A stretch of 64,000 bases of DNA, taken from the NCBI GenBank assembly GCA_030265395.1, contig JARFYF010000029.1, positions 17,361,587 through 17,425,586 of the forward strand. The letters run 5' to 3'. This DNA is from Rhina ancylostomus (taxonomy: Eukaryota). Positions 36,301-48,200 of this stretch are shown piece after piece; the first letter of the stretch is position 1, and each line of letters opens with the position of its first letter. The notes under the pieces were generated by a model. It was not told the origin of the DNA. It saw only the letters and a list, made by a program, of their open reading frames with translations, and did no database searches. The position numbers and the translations under genes are program-made.

Positions 36301-37519
36301 CTCTGGTTGCTTTCACTGTACTTGCAGTATAGCTGTAACCAATGCCAAGCCAACTTTCATTGTATCAAAAATTAATGGTTAAAGGTTTAACAAGAGGCAC
36401 AGGTTTAAGATAATTCGAAAAGGAGTTGTTCATAATTAAACTGGTGTTTATGGGATATGATTCTGTAACACAGAATTATTTATGCGGTATCTGTAATATC
36501 TTTTAAAAGAGAATGACATTGTTGCTTNNNNNNNNNNNNNNNNNNNNNNNNNNNNNNNNNNNNNNNNNNNNNNNNNNNNNNNNATACCAGTCCACTGGTA
36601 ATGGAGAATGCAACAGACCTGATTGGGAAAAATCACCTTTATTTTCATAAACATTCTATCCCAGCCCCAAAACAAGCAGCTTGTTAATAGTCATTGACTA
36701 GGCCAAAATATGAAGAGGTTATATGGAATTAAAACCCATCATAAATTACACTAGAAATACAGACATACTTGTCTGAGAAACAATGTCTATGGAGTCCATT
36801 GTCAAGTTACGTCATGAAGTACAAATAAGTCTGCAGCTAGATTTTACACAAAGGGGGAAAACCCAGAGAAAATAATAATTATAGTGGCTACATTATGTAG
36901 TGTAGCTGTAGAATTAACTATTTATTTTATAGGCTATTGACTATATTATGTATATGTAGTGTGTGATATCAGTTCCAGAGCAAATTTAATTGAATATTGT
37001 AGGCTCTTGCAATATCATGTCACTGAAGAGATGTTATTCGGAGTTTTACTCTCATTACTCTGTATTGTGAGGCAATTTAATTTCCTGCATAAATTGATGC
37101 CAGATAATTTTACAAATGGCTCCAAGCAATGAATCACACACATCCGTTGATGTTACCAAGAGTAGATAACAACTGTCTTTGTAATGGGTGGAAAGCCATG
37201 TGTGACAAGTGTTAGTTCAGATCAGTTTCTAAGCTCTTAACTAAAACAAAAGTTTTTATGTATTCATGAAATAACTTTGGCAAATACACATCGTAACACC
37301 AGGTAGTGCAGCAATTTTAGGTCTCTTGATTCCAATAGCTTATGGTGGTTTTATTGCATTTCTAGATTTGGAAAAGTCTGAGTATTGTCCCTTAATTTAG
37401 GCTGGATATGTGATAAAAATTTCACTTGTCAATGTGTGAACACAGAAACAGATATTTGCTGAAATGTTACATTTTTCACAAAATTGTAGCTGAAACAGTT
37501 TTCAAAAAGTCAAATACAA

Positions 37520-37670
37520 AAATACAAATAGATAAGAAACCTAGAAAATACTGATAACAATGTGTATCTGTGGAGAGAAAAGAAAAAAATTTATATTTCA
37601 GGTCAATGACCTTTCCTCAGAAGGTCAGTGACCTGAGACACTAACCCTACACAACCTGCCAGGCTCATGC
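37520..37670. mobile_element. Decayed Penelope-derived foldback element with hammerhead-like core
   Basis: ATCTGTGGAGAGAAA...TTTCAGGTCAATGACCTTTCCTCAGAAGGTCAGTGACCTGAGACACTAAC; same family as 8809-9009 and 53060-53185. Confidence 0.6.
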
Positions 37671-38120
37671 TACAGATATTACTGAGAACAGTCAGGAGCT
37701 ACTTTAAAGCAGTGAGAGACAGTAATATACTGCTCTCTCTAACTCATTCTGTACTCAGGAAATAACTAAGCTCTGGAAATGCACATATTAACATAAGGCA
37801 CTACTACCTCATACCTTAATACTAAACTTTAGAAAACAACTGACAATTTGTTGGCTCTTTTCAAAGCTTAAAGGAAGAGGGATTCAACCACTAGTTTTTG
37901 AAGTTCTGAAAGATGGCTCAGTACTGGTTACAGCTATATTGCAAGCATGATTAACACAAAATGATCTGAGATCATGTGCTTCAGCTGGATTTCCAAATAA
38001 AGCCAAACTGCAAAATAATCCAGTCTTAAGCATAAATACCTAACCTGCTTTTCTGCTCATCATATATACAGTATAAGTGATTCTGATGTTAGGATAGTTA
38101 AATTTCCTACAAGTTAATTA

Positions 38121-38500
38121 TTACGACGCTATTACAGCGCCAGTGACCTGGGTTTGATTCCCACTGCTTCCTGTAAGGAGTTTGTACGTTCTCCTGTGTC
38201 TGCGTGGGTTTCCTCCGGGTGCTCCGGTTTCCTCCCACATTCCAAANNNNNNNNNNNNNNNNNNNNNNNNNNNNNNNNNNNNNNNNNNNNNNNNNNNNNN
38301 NNNNNNNNNNNNNNNNNNNNNNNNNNNNNNNNNNNNNNNNNNNNNNCCTGACTCCAGTCTTGTATCAGTGTGCTGCATTTGGGTTCTCTGTGAGTTTGCT
38401 CTGGATCAACATTGTGACAAATTTGGGGTTTAAAATGGGCAACGTGGACTCGTTGGGCCGGAAGGGCCTGTTACCATGCTGTAAATAAAATTTTAAAAAA
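38121..38500 (+). mobile_element. V-SINE copy (partly in N gap) ending in a CR1-type tail
   Basis: Head and V-domain closely similar to 25381-25506; after the gap GGACTCGTTGGGCCGGAAGGGCCTGTTACCATGCTGTAAATAAA. Confidence 0.75.
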
Positions 38501-38889
38501 CTACTACAGTTTCTGCACTACCATTCATTCCAGGTTAACAAGATGAAATATGAGATTCATTTGGCATCTGCGGTGAAACTGAGAGGACATCAGCAACGTC
38601 AGATCTCTGTCTGCTTTTATTCTGTGATGTTATGATTGGTCTTTTGATGACTCTAGAAACAAATTTTAGTGGCAAAAGAAGGGACAAAAGTGACAGAGGC
38701 AAGGAATAGACGTCTACAATTTTGGCAATGGATCAGGTACAATAATTGAGATTCATTCATCCATCAGCTGGAGAACAAAGTTTCATAGATGTTGTTCAAC
38801 TTAAGGAAATGACCAGTTTAGTTTGCTGCATTGTTAACATGGTACAAGTCTCAAGTCTCTGTATTTGTTTGTGTCCATATGTGTGTTTG

Positions 38890-40380
38890 CATCCATATTT
38901 ATGTGTCATTTGCAAACTTAATAATTATGCCACCTACATTCTCTTTCATATCATTAATATATAACACAAACAATAAAGGTTCCAGCACTTATCCCTGCAG
39001 CACACCGCTGGTTACAGGTCTCCAGAATGAAAAACAACCCTACACTACCACCCTTTGCCTCCTAACATCAAGCCAATTTTGTATCCAATTTGCTATCTCT
39101 CCCTGAATCCCATGTATTCCAAACTTCTAGAGCAGCCTACCATGCAGGACCTTGTCAAAGGCCTTGATAAACTCCATACAAAGTCCACTGCCCTGCCTTT
39201 GTCAATCCTCTTGGTCACCTCAATCAAATTTGTGAGACATGATCTCCCATGATCAAAGCCATATTGACTATCCCTAATCAGTCTTTGCCTTTCCAAATGT
39301 AAAGAAATCCTGCCCCCAGAATCCCTTCCAGTAACTTGCCACCACAGATATAAGGCTCACTGACCTGTAGTTCCCCGGCTTTCCTTGCAGCCCTTCTCAA
39401 ATAAAGGTACAACATTAGTCATCCTCTGGTGCNNNNNNNNNNNNTAAGGAAGATAAAAAAATCTCTGCCAGGGACTCAGCAATCTGCTCCCTTGCTTCCC
39501 ACGATGTTCCATTGTACACCTGGTTAGACTCTGGGGATTTATCCACCTTTGTGTGCCTTAAGACACCCAACACCATCTCCTTCATAATGTCATTGTTTTC
39601 TTCCCGGAACTCACTAGGTTCCATTCCTCCATGGTAAAGAAGTGTTCATTTAAGACCTTGCCCATTTCCTGTGGCTCCACACATAGATTAATGCAATGAA
39701 CCTTAAAGGGGCCTACTCACACCCTAGTTACCATTTTGCTCTTAATGTACCTATAGTATCTTTTAGCCTTATTTGCAGGGATATCTTATGTCCCCTTTTT
39801 GCCCTCCTAATTCCCTTCTTAAGTGTATGCCTGCATCTCTTGTATTCCTCAAGGGACTTGCTTGATCCCAGCTGTCTATGCCTGACACGTGCCTCCTTTC
39901 TCATGATCAGATAGATCCTCAATGTCCCCAGTCAACCAGGGTTCCCTACTTCCACCGCTCTAACAGGAACATGCTGGCTCTGGCCTCTTCCTTTCTCACT
40001 TTTAAAAGCCTCACATTTGCCAGATCTCCCTTTGCCTGTAAACAGCCTCTCCCAATCAACCTTTACAAGTTCCTGTCTAACGCCATCAAAATTAGCCTTG
40101 CCCCAGTTTAGGACTAACTTGTGGACCAGTCCTATCTTTTTCCATAATTATCTTGAAACTAATAGAATTATGGTCCCCCACTGACACATTGCCCCCTTGC
40201 CCAGCCTCATTTTCTTGGAGGTGTAGCCCCTTGTCTAGTAGGGCTATCTACATATTGCTTCAGGAAACCTTCCTGGGCACTTGACAGATTTTGCCCCATC
40301 TAATCCCTTAGCACTGTGCTGGTCCCAATGAGTATCAGGGAAGTTCCCACATCTATCTGCAGTTTCCCTATATTTTTACT
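38890..40380 (-). mobile_element. CR1 LINE ORF2 fragment (endonuclease-RT), decayed
   Basis: LIRDSQYGFDHGRSCLTNLIEVTKRIDKGRAVD and KKGIRRAKRGH peptides on the minus strand. Confidence 0.88.
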
Positions 40381-41369
40381 CCTCTAAAAGAAATTGTTGA
40401 ATGAGTACCTAGGATGTTAAACTTTGAATGGGTTTTTAATATAACAAGAAAAATTAATGCATATATTATAAGTAAACATTATTAAAATAGAAACTAAAAA
40501 CCAAAAACTCGAGAACTATAATATTCATTCTCCTCATTAAGGTACAACGTAGCATTTGTTGTACTCCATCAACTCAAGGATGAAACTCCTCTAAATGGAG
40601 AGTTGGCATTTCTCTTCAAGTCCCCAGTCTTCAGTTTGGCTTCATAGTGGAACGCTCTGATATTTGAAGGCGCCACCCTGTGGTATTATTAAGAAACGAA
40701 TACTGCGGCCCAAGTATTGCAACCAATTTGCAAATATTATCATGGCCGTGGAGTTTCCATCAGCTAACTTTTATAGTATACTGGTAGATTTTTCAAAAAA
40801 AGATACTGACTAGAGGAAGATTGGAAAATCAACCATTTCTCAAGTACAGTTGTCTAAATCAACTCAGAGATTTTTGAGATGCAATTATTGAAGTTAAAAC
40901 CCGTTTAAAGAACTTCATGTGATAGAGTGTGCATGGTTCACAGAGTTAAGTGTCATGGTTGACATAAAGTGATTCTCACTAAATTAAATGTCCATTCTAA
41001 AGCTAAAGTATTGAATACAAGCACAGCACATCTATTGCTTCCCGCATATGTGCTATGCCACATAATGTGAAGCAGGTAATCTTCAGTTTAGTTGCCTGTG
41101 CAAACAGTACTGCAAAGCTCCGGAATATACTTCATGCTGTCAGTTGAGATATCAATATGAATTGAAATATAAATAGGTTTGAATTTAAGGCCACTGAGGG
41201 GATAATACAGTTATGCCTGTGGTTATACAATGTGATAACATTCATGACTTACAAATATTTTGCTATGTCGAGTTAATCTTTGCATATTGTTTGGGTATAT
41301 TTTCATGGAATGTGATGACATTAATTATAATGAATGGCAGAACCAAATAAGTTAAGCAAGCAGGGGTAT

Positions 41370-42010
41370 AGAAGGGTACTGGTTGTTATTGAACGAGGTT
41401 CCAGAGGTTTAAACCATTCATCCAGGGACATGTGTTTGAATCACCCAGTAATAACTGGATGTTTAAATTCAAGTAATTAAACATCTAAAATCAAACAAAA
41501 GTAAGTCTGTGTAATGGCAACCATGAAACTATTGGATTATGTTTAAAAACTAATCTGGTTCACTGATGTCCTTCAGGGAAGGAAACCTGACATCCTTACC
41601 AATTGGCCTGTATGTAACTTCAACCCCACCAATCTGGTTGATTCTTAACACCCTTCTTAGTCCAGATGCAAGTGGGAATAGACAATAAATGCTGGCATTG
41701 CTGGCGATGTCCATACTCATGAGTGAATACATTTTGTAAAAGTTGTGTATAATTGTTTGACAGAGCATTGTGATTATGTTACAAGTAATACAGAGGTATT
41801 GACTAATGAGTTCAAATCCCACCATGGTGACTGGGGTAAATGTTAATTAAATAAATAAGAAATTTTTAAAAAACATGCTGAACAATGCCACTTTTTTGTG
41901 TAAAATTCCATTGGTTCACTAGAAAAGGAAATCTTTACCCTGTCTAATCCACAGATGAATCTAGTCACACAGCAAGAAATGCCCTCTGAAATGACCCAGA
42001 AATCCACTCG
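41370..42010 (+). mobile_element. Two adjacent copies of an old SINE (41370-41735; 41770-42010)
   Basis: Core CTGGTTCACTGATGTCCTTCAGGGAAGGAAACCTG and tail CAATAAATGCTGGCATTGCTGGCGATGTCCATACTCATGAGTGAAT; the second copy has GAGTTCAAATCCCACCATGG (B-box-like). Confidence 0.65.
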
Positions 42011-42039
42011 TTTTCTATATAGGTCCACAACAAATAATA

Positions 42040-43100
42040 AGTCACAGCTCTAACTACATATTCAAATGTGATGAAGGTTTCTGTCACTCCCTTTCATCCA
42101 GTGAGTGACAGACCATCCCAGCATCTAGAAGAAAATATTTTTCCTCATCTCTCCTCTAATCCCTCCACCAATTATTTTAAATCCCCCCGGTTTTTCCCTA
42201 GTAAGGGAATTAGCTCCTTCCAGTTCACCCTATTAGGCCTCTCATAGTTTTATACACTTCAATTATTTCTCCCCCAGGCTCTAGAGTTCCAAAGAAAACA
42301 TTTCCTGCCTATCCAGTCATTTCTCAGCAAAAAATTACCAGCCCTGGCAATGTCCTGTCTGTCTCCTCTGCACACCCTCCGGTGTAATCACATCTTTTCT
42401 GTAACACAGTGAGCAAGTGGCAAGTCATGTTCATGCCTCAGAAAAAAAAACCCTTCTCCAATAAGAGGGAGCCTAACCACTAACCTTTCACAATCAGTGA
42501 CATTGCCACCCTTGAATCCCCACTCTGGGATTATCCCTGATCAGAAATGCAATTGGACCAGCCATGGTGTAGTACAAGTCCGGGTTAGAGGCTGGACATT
42601 CTGCAGTGATTTATCTCCTAAGCACCCCCATCCACTTTCCAGCAAGTGCATGGCACAAGTCAGGAATGTGCTGGAATATTTTCCACTTGCTTGGCTGAGT
42701 GTTCCTTCAACACCACCAAAGCAGCTAACTATTCCGGACAAAGCAGAGCCTTAAATATTCTCCTCTTTCGCTATCGGGGCACCTCGAGCACCAAGTACCA
42801 GATGAACCCAGCACCTCACCGGGGCTCTTTTTGACACGATCTCCCACAACCTCGAATACCTAAAAGAACAAGGGCAGCGGGAGTGTGGGAACACCATCGC
42901 CTGCAAGTTGGTTCGGAGTCGGAGAGCTGGGTCGGAGATGTATCCTCCTCCATCGAGCTGAGTCAAAATCCCGAACGGTGGGAGTTAATGTAATCTAAGG
43001 ACTGCTGGAAGCACTCATCACTGTCAGTTTAAAGGCAGTTATGGATGGACTATAACTGGTGGTTATACCTTTGATGCCAACATCACAGGAATGAATAAAA
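42040..43100. mobile_element. Antisense CR1 fragment (~42040-42410) followed by the plus-strand 3' end of a CR1/L2-group LINE (~42415-43100)
   Basis: AQVRNVLEYFPLAW peptide (ORF 42497-42754); 3' end GATGCCAACATCACAGGAATGAATAAAA. Confidence 0.65.
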
Positions 43101-43149
43101 ACACAAATTGTGCCGTTAAATTTAATCGACCTGTTTACGTAAATGGGAA

Positions 43150-45200
43150 TGGCTTTGTTGATTGAATTTTTGTTTTATTTTGTTCTCGGGCGATGCTTCT
43201 GCATCCTGCGCTAACCGATCACCATCGTCCTTTGCAAGAACAGGATTTTGATAGCTGTTTGTTCTACTTAATTAGCCCACATTGGCACTCTGGTATTCCG
43301 AGCAATCCGCGTGACGTTGGGTCCTCCCGAAGTTAAAGCTGAACACTGAAATAATCTGTTCGGGGAATTTAGATCGCTTTTTATTCTTTCTGGGTCACTG
43401 CAAGGCTGGCGTTCATACTATTTTTGACTGTGAGGTCAAACATCTGCTACCCAGGCGGAGGTGTGGACGGCGAGGTTCTGGATGACTGTGCGTGTAGTCT
43501 GCAGGTGAAAGGTCCAGCTGCGAATTGCTGAACGCTATCTTGGTGCTAACCACTTCACGTTCCGGTTTAGGCATCTGGTAAATTAAATCTTAGGAATTTG
43601 TATTGGCACGGCTCCCGCTACTGCTGGTTACTGTGTCATCCAAACCAGTTATTGCCGGTAAAGCAGAAGCAGCATTTATTTCACGGCGAGACAGTGAGAA
43701 TGTTTGCCTCGGGAAGCGACACTGTGCGCCTTCACCTCAGTCAAGTTTTGTCCGCGATTTCTCTCCATCAGCAAAATCAGAGCAGACTAGAAATCTCCAG
43801 GATGGTAGCAGGAGATTTGCAGGAGGTGGCGGGGGGTGCAGGTGAAGAAACATGAATACATACAAGGTCCTTTGGAAGGAGGGTGTGAGTCTTGTTCCGA
43901 TTTGCTGGCTGAAGGCGCCAGGCTATTTCCGAAATGTCGCTGCATAATAATACAACGCCATTGAGAGGAATCTGCAGCCCGCTCCTTGATCTCTTCAACT
44001 GGTCAAAGGTGCGCACATCTCTCCTTCTGGNNNNNNNNNNGGGGCGCTAAACATTCTTAAGACTTTAAATCGCCGTTTAGCGCCTCAAGCGAAATTCGTT
44101 AGGCAAACACTTTAGGCACAAAAGTTTAGCGCCTCCGCAGCCAGGCGAGATCGTGTCTGTGCCTCCAATGAGGTCATCAGTGCGCACAACGCCGCTCAGG
44201 AAGCTTCTATAGTATTTATATTTTTCCAAATTGGTGTATTCTTGCCTAATGAATGACAGCTGTGACTGATGTTTCAAATGTGAAGCCCGTGTCTGAAATC
44301 TGCTCATCACTCCATTGTAAAACGAATAACCTTATGCATCATCTAGTTTAAATATTGTTTGAGAACGTTTCAAAACTTCTGCCGGACCCTTTACATTTTC
44401 CCTTCCGATCATTCACATTTTTAGATGCCCCAAAAGTTTATTGACGCCAACTTTCTATTCAGTTTGTTGAACGGTTCAACAGATGGGAAGGCGCTTTTCT
44501 TGGACTGGCTGTGGTATGCTGGTGTATCATCCTCCAACCCCAGGATATCGTGTTTGTACAGCCCACAATCTGTATCCATTTGGTGTTTGGTTAACACTGG
44601 TGGTCGAGACCCGCTCGGGAGTGCGGGCGTGTTGTTGGCTGCTGTTGCTGGATCGGCGCCCTCCCCCTGTTCCCCAGACCACAACATAGTTGTATTCCTT
44701 CTTTTTGTTGTCGAATAGAGACCTCTCCAGGTTTCTGAGGAAAGGCGGATGATGGAGGAAACGTTCGTTTCTCTTTAGTTTTAATGTGTAAACTTCAGAC
44801 GTCAAGCTTAAAGTTAACTCTTTCGCCATTTATTATGACAGTTTCTGACCAATCGGAGCGAGGAGATGGACCCTCATAAAAACTCTTGTCTTCATTAGGG
44901 GAATCGCTAGGATTCAATCGGATCCTACAGAGCAAGGACTGTAGGTCGAGTTCCACAGGGATAATAAATAGGATCTCCAAAAGGACTGGAGTGTCGAGGT
45001 GTTGTGGGTGTAGTCCGAGAGCTGGGCTAATTGCCTTTGACTTCTATTTACAGAGTGCTGTGGCGGTGCGATTGCTGGCCCAGGGAGCGCTCCATGCTGG
45101 TTTCACCCCGGCCAGGCTGACCATGACTGGCCTTCACCTTCTGTTGGCTGCCGCGTTGCTATCCAGCTTTTCCCAGAGTCTGGTTCAGGCAAACTCTTGG
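43150..45200. promoter_or_regulatory. CpG-enriched WNT5B proximal promoter / 5' exon region
   Basis: Marked rise in CpG dinucleotides, continuing into the first introns to ~47500; no recognisable transposons; directly upstream of the first coding exon. Confidence 0.65.
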
Positions 45201-45202
45201 TG
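45123..45202 (+). CDS. WNT5B: Wnt-5b coding exon 1 (signal peptide); exon probably begins at acceptor 45054
   Basis: ACCATGA start; [26 protein letters not shown](W); donor TG|GTAAGT at 45202/3; upstream acceptor ttctatttacag|AGT at 45053/4. Confidence 0.92.
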
Positions 45203-48200
45203 GTAAGTACATCAATATTTTGTACTTTATTATCCTGTCAAGTGATGGGTCGGCCCACTCCATTCAGCGTGGTTTGAGTTTCGTGATGAATCTCGAGAGA
45301 TGGGTGGGAGGGAGCATGATAACGGATTAGTATATATAATAATACACACAAATAGTAATACATAGCTATGCTGGACAGCATGTTAGATATTGTGTAACTT
45401 TATTTCCAGCGAGGGGTTTTGATGGTGGATTGCACTTGAACAACGATCCGGGATTCAAAATTGTAATCATATTTCAGGGCATTAATATATAGAGGCTATA
45501 TCATTGTCTAGATTGTGCTCAAATGACAACTTACAGCAAGTTGGAGGGTGCACTGATGTCTGAGACTTTTGACACCTAATATCAACATCTAGGAGCGTAG
45601 TATCTCATGTACACAAGCCGACAAGAACACTAAAATAATTATGCAATATGAACAAGATATTTTCAGTCACAATATTGATAATATATTGGTACAGCGTATC
45701 TTCAAGCTTACGCCTTCCAAAATGTAGAAAATATAATCCACACTGGATGATTTCAAACTGGCTCCTTAAAAATAAATAAAATTCTTAAAATGAATAGATT
45801 TCTCCTTTAAGTTCTAAAGAATTAGCGAAACCGATGGTTAGTCCTTAATGTTTGCTGCATTCCGCTTAAAGATTTAAATAAAAAATATTTTAACAAATAT
45901 TGTAGTCACTTTAGCAAGTAAACAAACTCCATTCGAAGAAGATCGAAACAAGTTGACTCAATTAGATAATGCCAATTCTCCCGAGTTCCCTAATAACTTT
46001 TTTTTAATCCACTCTAGGTCTTTGGCTATGAACCCAATTCAACGGCCTGAGATGTATATAATTGGCGCCCAACCTCTCTGCAGCCAACTGAACGGTCTCT
46101 CGCAGGGGCAGAGGAAATTATGCCAGTTGTACCAAGATCATATGGTTCACATCGGAGAAGGGGCAAAAACGGGTATCAAGGAATGCCAATACCAGTTCAG
46201 ACAGAGGCGATGGAACTGCAGCACCGTAGATAACACCTCCGTGTTTGGAAGGGTAATGCAGATAGGTGAGACTTTCCACTTCGGTACATAACAAAAGAAG
46301 GTTCTACGAAACAAAAGTTTAGCACTCAAGTGTGAGATCCGTTGTGTTCGTTCTCTTTTAACAAAAGTGCAGCCAACCCTTTTCTCTGAAAGCGCGACCC
46401 TGCGAGTCATTAGTCCTTCTCGTGTAGGGTTATAGTAAAGTGTCGCCTGGATGCATTGTCCCTGCCTTTTTGAAATTCAATTATCCATTCACAGGGTTTC
46501 GAGAAATCCGAGACTAGATTGATGTTACCGACACGCAGTATAATAAATGGAGGTGTCAGTCAAAGGGCTGGGAGAGAATGGAGCCGAACTCCATGTGCAG
46601 AGCAGATGGATTGGCAACTTGGCCAGAGTTCCAGGACACCTCTATTCTTTAGATCGCTCTACTGTTCCTTAGCTGTTTTTGGTGGTGGGAGGTTGCTTTT
46701 GTTTATATAATGTTTTTCCCCTTAGATGTGTTGCCACTTCTCAGAAAAGTCATTCACAAAAAAAAAGTGACGGATGATGGCACTGTTTCCGAGTTCGTTC
46801 GGTGGTCTTGCTGACCGCTTTGTTGCATGTTTGCCCACAGTTAGACTAGAGCGAGCTAAGTCCGTGCACCTGCACTTCGCTCAACATTGCCACTCCTGTG
46901 TATTTTGAGGGTAACGGGAATACCCCTTATTTTGACACCGATGATTTGCAGGGGTAACGTTAGAAATTACAATTGAACGCACCCTCGATTAAGAGAAAAT
47001 GGATTAGTTTGCATTAGATTATTTTTCAGAAGAACCGTAATAACGGAAAATTATGAACCTGGAATTTCATCAGATGGGATTAACATTTGGAATAAAAATA
47101 GATGCGTGACACAAGTCTATGTCAATATGATTATATAATAATATTGATGTTATCCCTTTACATGGCGGTTAAGTGACATTAAAGGATCGCCGTTTCATTC
47201 ACTGATTAAACCCCAATGGTCACGATGAAATAGAATGAGTAAAACATTTCTTTAAACAAACCCGTCCTTTTAAACTATCCATTCGGAGGGGAAAAGTGGG
47301 GCCCCGCTGCTTTAATTTATTTCCTCTTGGGCATGTATGTTTATGATGGAAACTATGAGATTTCTTAAAATGCAACGGTGAAGAAACCAGAACGTATACA
47401 TTCTATAACCGGATTGGCATCCGGCTCCACAACATGAATATGGCAGGTTCATCTCATCCAACTGATGACCGATTTCACTCGTATTTGGAATATATTCAGA
47501 CTATTGTTCGTCTTTCCTTGTGTTTTTTTCGTGGTTATAAAGTTAATGGTCAGACAAATCAACTGCCTTTAATATCTTGAAGTTTAAATGTTTAACTGAG
47601 TAGCATTTTTCATTTCTGTCTCACTTGTCTTTAAACGTGAAAATAATAACCAAGGCATCTGACCAATATTACGCCTGTTACTATCTCTGAGGAAGCTTTA
47701 TAATTCAGATACTTATGGAATTTAAGTTTCATTATGTAGAAAAACATTTAACATTCACACATAGAAAGTATCATAAATCACTTAAGGGAATGTTTGCTGA
47801 TTTAACTTCGGGTTTTAAGGGTGCTCCATTTTGTGAATGCCATTAACTATTTAATGACCACCCGTAATAAAACACATTGGTTATTGGTTGATTTTGCCGT
47901 TTTATAACTGACCCTTAAAAACATAACTTTTTTTTAACTTCCATAGTCCCCAATCTCAATTACCATTCCCTTATATAATGTTTTCCGCAATTAACTATTG
48001 TGTATCTTTTTAATAATATAACTAAGTGTAGTTCAGGGATTGGATCATTTATCAGAATTCTCTACTTTAATTGACACACAATGAAAAGAAAATTTGAACT
48101 CTTATAGTTCAAATGTATCACAGAACCAACGCATTTTCAAATGTAGTAAGGGTTGTCTTGGATGCAGACATGACAAAAAATACTACACTGGGAGCAATGA

